This document shows positions 6,686 to 12,463 of a stretch of DNA of 12,463 nucleotides, in pieces. How positions within the stretch are numbered: the first letter of the stretch is position 1; every line of letters begins with the position of its first letter. A program made the position numbers and the translations under genes. Under the pieces are notes generated by a model, which saw nothing but the letters and a program-made list of their open reading frames with translations, was not told the origin of the DNA and searched no databases. This DNA is from Candidatus Bathyarchaeota archaeon (GTDB lineage Archaea; Thermoproteota; Bathyarchaeia; Bathyarchaeales; Bathyarchaeaceae): NCBI GenBank assembly GCA_030615265.1, contig JAUWZP010000055.1:1-12463 (forward strand), read 5' to 3'.

Positions 6686-6791
6686 ATACTAACAATGTTC
6701 ATCTTATCACAATTAGGTTGTTCAGGTTCTACATACATCTTCTTTAGATAACACCAATACCTGTTCTCAGAGAGGAATAGGTTTTAACAGT

Positions 6792-6983
6792 TTACTCTTC
6801 AGAAGCTTCCTTCCACTTTTCAACTGTTAGTTTGTCATCTCCAGCTTTGAAAGATATCTTCAGCTTCATTGAGGTTTTAGTTTTGAATGGAAACATGCTG
6901 TCTTCTGCTAAGTCTAATGGAACATATAGTAAGTACTTGCCATCTTTTCTTCTGAATAATCTTCCTCTTCCTTCATTAACCAT
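6792..6983 (-). CDS. Small protein of 63 aa, MVNEGRGRLFRRKDGKYLLYVPLDLAED..., possibly an AbrB/swapped-hairpin-like DNA binder
   Basis: The track ORF starts at a TTG at 7028. An internal ATG at 6983 is preceded by AAGGAG at the right spacing. The GRGRLFRRKDGKYLLYVPLDLAED segment weakly resembles AbrB/MazE-type hairpins. Confidence 0.4.
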   Translation of the reverse strand: MVNEGRGRLFRRKDGKYLLYVPLDLAEDSMFPFKTKTSMKLKISFKAGDDKLTVEKWKEASEE

Positions 6984-7226
6984 TGTCAAGTCTCCTTTCT
7001 CAGATTTTGAGCCATTCTTATTGTTCAAGTATACATAAAGGTTTGCTCTTTCCCTCTTCTTTTACAATTAGTTCTTTTGTTTCTGCTATAACCTTTCCGC
7101 TTTTCTCACTTTAGAACTCAGTACGATTATTCATAACTTCTGTGCATGCATGTGTTTTATTAGTGCTGAGCAAATGGGAATCCAAAACATTCCTTCTTGA
7201 GTTCATGAGTTATTAATGTTTAAGTA

Positions 7227-7248
7227 TTCTTAATCCTTAAATTATTAA
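7227..7248 (-). promoter_or_regulatory. Partial motif copy R5: CCTTAAATTATTAA, matching 14 bp of the core
   Basis: Matches the TATA-like half of the motif on the minus orientation, roughly 200-240 nt upstream of the 6792..6983 gene. Confidence 0.3.
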
Positions 7249-7327
7249 TGCAACTTGAAAGGAAATGATGATAAGATGAATTGACCATGTGAGAGACTTT
7301 CTCTGTCTGACAATCAACCACAGTAGG

Positions 7328-7657
7328 CTAATCTGGATAATATGTTGGTGGTTTTATGAGAAAGGAAGCAGAGAACAAAACAATGGATAGAATGAGAGCA
7401 AAGATTCCTATAGAAAATGCGAGTATCATGGTCTTCTTCAGATTTTCTTCTGCTCCAACACCTGAGTTGAGTAACATTACTGCCAAAAGTGTTACAAGGA
7501 AGGAGATATTCGCTATGGTGGCTGAAATGAGCATAACGGTCCTTATGGCTTGGGGTATCCCAAAAGGTAGAATGGATGCAAGAGTCCAAGCACCACTAAC
7601 GAACAACATCAGAAGTGACATGAGAACCAACCAAACTGGCGGTCTTTGCTCTATCAC
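7328..7657 (-). CDS. Small integral membrane protein with about 3 TM helices
   Basis: A hydrophobic 109-aa ORF with a GTG start at 7657. The conserved promoter-like motif lies 70 nt upstream, in matching orientation, at 7727-7754. Confidence 0.5.
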   Translation of the reverse strand: MIEQRPPVWLVLMSLLMLFVSGAWTLASILPFGIPQAIRTVMLISATIANISFLVTLLAVMLLNSGVGAEENLKKTMILAFSIGIFALILSIVLFSASFLIKPPTYYPD

Positions 7658-7726
7658 GAGTTTACCACATTTTTGTGAATAGAGAAACTAAGCATTAAAC
7701 CTTGTGCTTTCCGTTCTAACGAGATA

Positions 7727-7754
7727 TAGAACTTTTCTCCTTAAATTATTAACC
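7727..7754 (-). promoter_or_regulatory. Conserved promoter-like motif, copy R4, in inverted orientation: TAGAACTTTTCTCCTTAAATTATTAACC
   Basis: It is the reverse complement of R1 with 27 of 28 positions matching. It lies 70 nt upstream of the GTG start of the minus-strand membrane-protein gene, and also in the divergent region with the wHTH regulator. Confidence 0.55.
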
Positions 7755-7853
7755 AAACCCAAACCAAAAGATGAATAGAGAAACTGTATGCCAAATTCTT
7801 AGCTGGAATTCTGAAAGGATAAATAACTCATACCCAACACATGAGAAACGGGT

Positions 7854-8180
7854 TTGCCCAACATGCGGAGGTCAAAACTGGAAACCCATATTGACATTCT
7901 TGAAGCCCTAGCTCGACGGGGACCGTTAATGCTAACTTTTATCATGCATGAGACTCACATAAGCTACAGCCTTCTGAATCAATACTTGAACTTTCTAATC
8001 CAACACGACCTCGTTGAAGACCAAACACCGCACAAGAAAAGGCATGGAGCTGAGGCTGTTTACGCAATTACTGAAAGAGGTAGAATTGTCCTAGGATACT
8101 TCAAGAAGCTAAATACTGCATTCCAAGTAGTTGAGGAAGCAAAAAAGACCACACCGTTGATGCATATAACACGTAGTTAG
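7854..8180 (+). CDS. Winged helix-turn-helix transcriptional regulator
   Basis: LETHIDILEALARRGPLMLTFIMHETHISYSLLNQYLNFLIQHDLVE...AVYAITERGRIVL shows the helix-turn-helix plus wing pattern of small archaeal wHTH regulators. Confidence 0.6.
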   Translation: MPNMRRSKLETHIDILEALARRGPLMLTFIMHETHISYSLLNQYLNFLIQHDLVEDQTPHKKRHGAEAVYAITERGRIVLGYFKKLNTAFQVVEEAKKTTPLMHITRS

Positions 8181-8437
8181 GCATTGTCTGGTTGCTGGTG
8201 GACTTTACTATGAAGACGCCAAACTATTCTACAAAAACGGCGAGCATCTGATATAATAAGGCCTACTGAAGAATTGAATATCAAGCAAGATGAAGTAAGA
8301 CACTAAAGAATCGTTGCGTTTAGCGTAGAACAAACCCCTCAGGCTATGCTATTTGGGTATATTTCTTCATCATAACTAACCTTAAACCAGCCAACCGGAG
8401 ACATGGTCTCGGATGTTATAGCAAAAGAGGCTTCTCC

Positions 8438-8551
8438 ATGATCCAGAAGATATATCACGGCATTCCGTTGCATGTTTGCCAGTCTTGCGGTTGGCGTTGG
8501 AACAGTTTTGAAGCCAGAAAATGCCCGAAATGCGGAAACGAACTTTTATGA
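8438..8551 (+). CDS. 37-aa zinc-ribbon peptide, MIQKIYHGIPLHVCQSCGWRWNSFEARKCPKCGNELL
   Basis: Two CxxC pairs 13 residues apart. AAGAGG lies 8 nt upstream of the ATG. It is below the ORF-track length threshold. Confidence 0.4.
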   Translation: MIQKIYHGIPLHVCQSCGWRWNSFEARKCPKCGNELL

Positions 8552-8563
8552 ATTATTGATTGG

Positions 8564-8637
8564 AAAAAAAGGGGAGTTTGCGGGGAAAATCGAGAGATAT
8601 CTCCAAGGTGAGTAGGGGTTCAAACCCGTGGTTGCAT
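8564..8637 (+). repeat. Copy A of a ~65-nt structured repeat: A7, then GGGGAG-TTTGCGGGG...ATCTCC, then AAGGTG, then GGGG-TTCAAA-CCC
   Basis: Aligns with copies B and C (see findings). On the minus strand it lies immediately 3' of the ICMT-family stop codon and ends in a T7 run. Confidence 0.5.
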
Positions 8638-8638
8638 A

Positions 8639-9199
8639 TTAAATGAATCTTGGTACTTCTTTGCAGTAGTCATCGTATTCTTCTTTGAATTGCTCTCTTA
8701 GCCAAGGTTCTTCAATGAAAGGAGTGAGTAGAAACCAGATGTTACCTATGATGCCCGTGACAAGTGCATAGAAAGAATTGAAGAGTAGTATAGTTCCTGA
8801 AAAGAATAGAACAACCGCAACATACTGTGGATTTCTTGATTATCTGTAAGGGCCTTTAGTAATCAATTTTCCCTTCAAGCCCAACGACGTGTTAATGGTT
8901 AAAGTTCGCAAAGCCCAGAGGAAAACAATCGCCCCCGCAACCATAAAGATGAAAGCGAAAACAAAGCGCAACCAATGAGTTAGAAAAAGTGCGTTCCAGT
9001 CAAGAAAACCTAAAACAAGAAAGCAGAATATGGAACTTTCTGTTAGAAGGTGTGTGTACCAGTATTGCCATGAGCCTTTCTTCGGAGGAGGCCATACTCT
9101 ATACTTTGGGTAAAGCAACGACACTATGAGACCCCCACCTAACAGAAATTCAAGAACAAGAGTTACCGTAAATAATGCGAATTCGATAGTCATATCCAT
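8639..9199 (-). pseudogene. Isoprenylcysteine carboxyl methyltransferase (ICMT) / phospholipid methyltransferase family gene interrupted by an in-frame TAA at 8840-8842
   Basis: The translation reads ...LITKGPYR*SRNPQYVAVVLFFSG...FLLTPFIEEPWLREQFKEEYDDYCKEVPRFI in a single frame. The family motif GPYR[YF]xRHPxY and the C-terminal EExxLxxxFGxxYxxYxxxVPR are intact except that the aromatic codon (TAT/TAC) after GPYR is TAA. About 5 TM segments. Confidence 0.7.
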
Positions 9200-9280
9200 G
9201 AACAATAAGAAACTGGCACACTAATCTTTTATGCAATTTGTGTTTGCATGACAAATCAAGTTTAACATGTAAGAAGTAAA

Positions 9281-9345
9281 CAAAAAAGGGGGAGATTGGG
9301 TGATGTCTCCACGCGGTGGGGGGTTCGAATCCCCCTAGGCTTCTT
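9281..9345 (+). repeat. Copy B of the structured repeat: A6, then GGGGGAGA-ttgggtgatg-TCTCC, then ACGCGGTG, then GGGGG-TTCGAAT-CCCCC. The last part is a perfect tRNA T-arm-like hairpin.
   Basis: GGGGGTTCGAATCCCCC is a 5-bp stem with a 7-nt TTCGAAT loop, identical in form to a tRNA T arm. No acceptor, D or anticodon arm can be built around it. Confidence 0.5.
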
Positions 9346-9879
9346 TGAAGGGTGAAATGGGACCAAAACATTTTAGATACATTGACGTATATCTTAGCTC
9401 CACAAGGATGGTTAGTATGAAAGGAAAACGTAACGTTTTCACTTGCTTTCTGAAAGGTAATGTAGCCATGCATGCGTGTGTGGTGTTGTAAGTGGTGAAG
9501 GCTAAGCGAATTAAAGAGTTAGAGAAGAAATACGAGGTAGTATCTCTGATATTGGGTCCGAAAGACAAAAGTGGGTTACGAATATGCTCTGTTCCAGAAA
9601 AAAAGTTAAGGGCATTAGCGAAGTGGCATCAGGGGCACCATACTCCAAGAAAGTGGCATTTAAGCGAGGATAAAAATCACCTAATCCTTGAGTAGAAACG
9701 AGATAGTAGGTTTGTAGAGTTTTCATAAATAGAGGCGCGTAAATGTTACCCTGTGAAGGGTATGTGTGATCCCCTACTACTTGGGGATTCACACAATTCG
9801 CGCCGTTCGCTTGCCTCTGGATTTTGAGGTAATACATATCAAATTTATGAAGGAGGAATCAACATTCGGAATAAACAGA

Positions 9880-9940
9880 AAAAAATGGGGATTTGCGGGG
9901 GGCATCTCCACTGTGGGGAGGATTCAAGTCCCTCTCCGAT
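9880..9940 (+). repeat. Copy C of the structured repeat: A6-T, then GGGGAT-ttgcggggggc-ATCTCC, then ACTGTG, then GGGAGG-attcaagtc-CCTCTC
   Basis: Shares GGGGA-TTTGCGGGG with A and ATCTCCAC..GTG.GGG..TTCAAG.CCC with B. It lies 79 nt upstream of the 4Fe-4S gene start. Confidence 0.5.
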
Positions 9941-10018
9941 ATTTTCCTAGAACCAACTGGCTAAGAACAGGAAATAAATATGTGCATGCGTATGCTGAGA
10001 GTGTGGAACTGATGCGGT

Positions 10019-11086
10019 ATGACAGATGAAGTCTACGAGCAACTTGCAGATGCCTTGAATAAACTCCCTAATGGTTTTCCTAGAACTTCATCTAACGTAG
10101 AAACTAAGATTCTGGAAAAGATTTTCTCACCAGATGAGGCTAGAATAGCCAGTCAGCTTAGCGGCAACTTGGAGTCTGTTGAGGTAATAGCCAAAAAGGG
10201 GGGTCTTCCCGTTGAGGAAATTAGCTCTATCTTGACAAAAATGGCTAAGCGCGGTGTCCTATGGTTCGATAGGAAAAGTGAGAAACCACGGTTCAGACTA
10301 GCTCCCTTTATAGTTGGAATTTATGAAGCACAGTTAGAGAACATGGATCATGAACTAGCACATCTTGTTGAGCAGTATCTGGCGAATGGAGGAGCAGTCG
10401 GAATTATGAAACCCCAACCTGCTATACATCGAGTTATCCCCGCCCAAAAGGCAGTGAAGTCTGAATGGATTCTTCCCTACGATGATGTTAGAAGGATCCT
10501 TCTGACCGCCAAAAGATTTCGTCTCCGTGATTGCATCTGCCGAGTGCAGCAAGACTACATCGACCGCAAGTGTAGTTTTCCAACGAGAATGTGCCTAAGC
10601 TTCTCGTCAACTGAAAGCTCTCCCCATCCAAATGATATTTCGCAAAAAGAGGCTTTAGATATTCTCGACAAGGCTGAGGAGATTGGTTTAGTTCACACAG
10701 TCAGTAACGTAATGAAAGGCTTTGGCTATGTCTGTAACTGTTGTGGCTGTTGTTGCGGCATACTCCGTGGAATCACTGAGTTCGGGATTGCAAAATCAGT
10801 GGCTCACGCCAATTATTATGCAATGATTGATCCTGATTCGTGCCTAGGATGTGAAACGTGTATAGAACGTTGTCAAGTGCATGCGATTTCTGAACAAGAT
10901 GGAGTTGCTGTTGTGGATCGGGAGCAATGCATCGGCTGTGGACTATGTGCTACAGGATGTCCAAATAATGTGGCAAAACTTCAACGAAAGCCAGACGAGG
11001 AAATTATTGACCCCCCTATGGACTTCGCAATGTGGGAACGTGAACGCCTGCGAAATCGAGGTTTGGTCAGTAAGAAACGAAAATGA
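10019..11086 (+). CDS. 4Fe-4S dicluster (ferredoxin-type) domain protein with an additional Cys-rich CNCCGCCCG motif and an N-terminal helical domain
   Basis: Two canonical ferredoxin motifs, CLGCETCIERCQ and CIGCGLCATGCP, preceded by CNCCGCCCG. A 355-aa ORF with an ATG start. An oligo-T terminator follows. Confidence 0.8.
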   Translation: MTDEVYEQLADALNKLPNGFPRTSSNVETKILEKIFSPDEARIASQLSGNLESVEVIAKKGGLPVEEISSILTKMAKRGVLWFDRKSEKPRFRLAPFIVGIYEAQLENMDHELAHLVEQYLANGGAVGIMKPQPAIHRVIPAQKAVKSEWILPYDDVRRILLTAKRFRLRDCICRVQQDYIDRKCSFPTRMCLSFSSTESSPHPNDISQKEALDILDKAEEIGLVHTVSNVMKGFGYVCNCCGCCCGILRGITEFGIAKSVAHANYYAMIDPDSCLGCETCIERCQVHAISEQDGVAVVDREQCIGCGLCATGCPNNVAKLQRKPDEEIIDPPMDFAMWERERLRNRGLVSKKRK

Positions 11087-11146
11087 GATCGTACAGAATC
11101 ATGCATGCGTACATAATCTACTAGAGCTTTTAAGCAAACTTCTCTA

Positions 11147-11160
11147 AATCTTCTTTTTTA
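11147..11160 (+). terminator. ATCTTCTTTTTTAG, a T6 tract about 65 nt after the 4Fe-4S gene stop
   Basis: An oligo-T run on the coding strand downstream of a convincing gene. Confidence 0.4.
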
Positions 11161-11332
11161 GGTGATAGAATGAGAAGAATCAAAACCTTGAAATGCATGC
11201 ATGAGGGACCATCATCCTTGAAACAACCATTGGGGCAGACTACCGATTCTCAATCCCTAAGTCGATACGGCATATGCTTATACCAGAAGAGCCGATACGA
11301 ATAACGATTGAGAAGATAGGGGGCGAGCACAA

Positions 11333-11500
11333 GTGAAACTTACGCCAAAAGCAAAAGCCACTCTGTTATTCTTGATATTCGCTCTGGCTTACTTAGTTTC
11401 GCCGTGGGATTTGCTGCCTTTCACCTTCTTCGAGGACATTGCGCTCGTAGCTATAGCTTTAATAGTTTGGCTTATTGTTGCAATAGTTGAGTGGAGGTGA
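11333..11500 (+). CDS. Small membrane protein of the YkvA/DUF1232-like family (55 aa, GTG start)
   Basis: MKLTPKAKATLLFLIFALAYLVSPWDLLPFTFFEDIALVAIALIVWLIVAIVEWR carries the SP-DL(I/L)P-F...DD/ED signature of DUF1232. AGGGGG lies about 10 nt upstream. Its stop is 1 nt before the SPFH-gene ATG, so the two are translationally coupled. Confidence 0.45.
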   Translation: MKLTPKAKATLLFLIFALAYLVSPWDLLPFTFFEDIALVAIALIVWLIVAIVEWR

Positions 11501-11501
11501 T

Positions 11502-12458
11502 ATGTTGAACATGAAAAGACCGCTTATGTATGGTGGCTTGGCCATCTTGGTTTTTGCAATCATCTTTGCCGCATTGTGGTCAGCAAGTGCTTGGATTGTC
11601 GTAGGAGTCGGTGATGCAGTTCTAATTGTTGATGCTACCACAGGAACTATAAGCGACCCAATACTCGGACCATCGGCAGGCTTTCTTGTTGACGGCTTCA
11701 AGCGGATGGTTAGATTGCAGTATCCAGTTTACATTTACTACCAGATTGATAGCGTTGGAATGTGGACTGAGTGGACACGAGAGGGGCAAACCTTGACTGA
11801 AGCATCGAGAGGGGAATACCCAGCGATTATGGGTATCTCAAAAGACGGATTGGAAATCGAAGTTGACGTCCTAGTAAGATGGTCACTAAATCCTGACCAC
11901 CTAAAAGAGCTGTATATGAACTATCCAAACAAGAATTGGAAAACTGTCACCATCGCATCAATCATCCGAGAAGAGACTCGACACACAATATCAAACTTCA
12001 CCGCAATTGAGGTGATAGAAAAACGAGCAGCCATCGAGGAGGCGCTAAACCAAGCGATACGCCAAGGCCTGCTAGGAGAAACTAGCTTGGCAGGTGCAAT
12101 TGTTGAATCCACACTCGAAGTGGATTTGAGAGACATTGACCCTTCGATGGAGTTCATTAGGGCAATAGAAGCAAAATTGGCAGCGGAACAGGCGCAGATA
12201 CAGGCACAATTTGAGTACGAAAGGGCATTAATTCTTGCAAGAGCAGAATCTGAGTCGATGATAATTGTGGCCAATGGTACCCGGGAAGCAATCGATACAA
12301 TAGTTTCTATAACTGGAGAGACAAACTCGACACGAATAGCTGAGCTATACCTAACCGTGGAAGCGTTAAAAACAATAGCTCCGAACGCAAAGAACTTCAT
12401 AGTCGTTTGGGGTGGCGGAGAAATCCCCATAGTTTACCCCATCCAAGATGGCGCTTAG
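11502..12458 (+). CDS. SPFH/band-7 (stomatin/prohibitin-like) domain membrane protein
   Basis: An N-terminal TM helix is followed by VVGVGDAVLIVDATTG...EIEVDVLVRW...IREETRHTISNFTAIEVIEKRAAIEEALNQAIRQ...FIRAIEAKLAAEQAQIQAQFEYERALILARAESE, the PHB-domain pattern with its coiled-coil tail. The track ORF starts at TTG 11487. ATG 11502 is preceded by GGAGGTGA. Confidence 0.8.
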   Translation: MLNMKRPLMYGGLAILVFAIIFAALWSASAWIVVGVGDAVLIVDATTGTISDPILGPSAGFLVDGFKRMVRLQYPVYIYYQIDSVGMWTEWTREGQTLTEASRGEYPAIMGISKDGLEIEVDVLVRWSLNPDHLKELYMNYPNKNWKTVTIASIIREETRHTISNFTAIEVIEKRAAIEEALNQAIRQGLLGETSLAGAIVESTLEVDLRDIDPSMEFIRAIEAKLAAEQAQIQAQFEYERALILARAESESMIIVANGTREAIDTIVSITGETNSTRIAELYLTVEALKTIAPNAKNFIVVWGGGEIPIVYPIQDGA

Positions 12459-12463
12459 CCTGT

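Noticed and set aside
6532-7682. ORFs 6532..6738(-), 6832..7038(+), 7314..7589(-), 7356..7682(+)
   Set aside because: They overlap the zinc-ribbon gene, the AbrB-like gene or the membrane-protein gene on the opposite strand, or the same strand in another frame. The membrane-protein frame, 7328..7657(-), has the conserved upstream motif and a coherent TM profile.
6318-7754. Inverted promoter-motif copies as terminal inverted repeats of an IS or MITE
   Set aside because: The 1.4-kb interior encodes no transposase. Both copies sit at the same 65-70 nt distance from gene starts in gene-matched orientation, and additional same-orientation copies occur elsewhere. A promoter explanation is more economical. 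This is kept as an alternative within the promoter-motif finding.
9287-9345. Copy B as a bona fide tRNA gene, given the perfect GGGGGTTCGAATCCCCC T-arm
   Set aside because: The sequence that follows, TAGGCTT, has no complementary 5' acceptor strand upstream. The preceding 40 nt form one 5-bp hairpin with a 10-nt loop rather than D and anticodon arms. The element is about 15 nt too short. It is treated as a tRNA-like repeat instead.
9150-10029. ORFs 9150..9473(-), 9335..9568(-), 9511..9837(-), 9766..10029(+), 9492..9695(+)
   Set aside because: They run through the structured repeat copies B and C and the alternating Pu/Py tracts. Their translations are low-complexity, rich in F, Y, L and H from AT-rich DNA. 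9492..9695 (GTG start, basic 67 aa) is the only one that could be real, but it has no recognisable domain and no RBS.
11170-11310. 46-codon ORF MRRIKTLKCMHEGPSSLKQPLGQTTDSQSLSRYGICLYQKSRYE, with AGGTGA 5 nt before its ATG
   Set aside because: Despite a good SD-like sequence, the peptide is low-complexity. It spans an ATGCATGCATG tract and CGATACG repeats. There is no domain signal. It is left unannotated.
11921-12430. ORF 11921..12430(-) and 11459..11701(-)
   Set aside because: Antisense to the well-supported SPFH gene and to the DUF1232-like gene.
1-12463. CRISPR arrays, rRNA genes, canonical tRNA genes
   Set aside because: No array of regularly spaced identical direct repeats is present. 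No rRNA-like conserved stretches were seen. The only T-loop-like sequences are those in the three structured repeats.

Overview
This is an AT-rich archaeal window. It carries an archaeal TATA-box binding protein (TBP), a cold-shock protein (Csp) and a lambda-like tyrosine recombinase, and the AT-rich promoter elements and T-run terminators are archaeal in character. Many genes have purine-rich ribosome-binding sites (AAGGAG, GGAGGTGA), which suggests a euryarchaeal or methanogen-like host; this is inference only.

About 18 coding regions are supportable:
- A proteasome/HslV-like Ntn (T1) threonine peptidase (267..1079, -) divergent from a ribbon-helix-helix (RHH) regulator (1238..1801, +).
- A probable integrated-element remnant at roughly 1900-4400: a very basic hypothetical protein, a second hypothetical protein and a tyrosine integrase.
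- TBP (tbp) and Csp.
- A winged-helix plus OB-fold protein.
- Several small zinc-ribbon proteins.
- A winged-HTH regulator.
- An isoprenylcysteine carboxyl methyltransferase family gene interrupted by an in-frame TAA.
- A 4Fe-4S dicluster protein.
- A YkvA-like (DUF1232) plus SPFH/band-7 gene pair.

The window is unusually rich in recurrent non-coding sequence signals:
- Three copies of a ~65-nt element between 8564 and 9940. Each has an A-run, a GGGGA...TCTCC hairpin and a tRNA T-arm-like GGGG-TTCRA-CCCC hairpin.
- A 26-29 bp promoter-like motif (GGGTTAATAATTTAAGGAGAAAASTTCTA) in 5 copies, two of them placed 65-70 nt upstream of gene starts.
- Two families of alternating purine/pyrimidine tracts: ATGCATGC(R)TG in six copies and CCCTNNNGCGCGCGCA in four copies. 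They lie in intergenic regions, mostly just upstream of TATA boxes.
- Direct repeats with the core TCACCACAAGTTTGAGCA flanking the Ntn-hydrolase gene.
- An 85-nt imperfect inverted repeat ending in GCCA.

No CRISPR array, rRNA or canonical tRNA gene could be supported.
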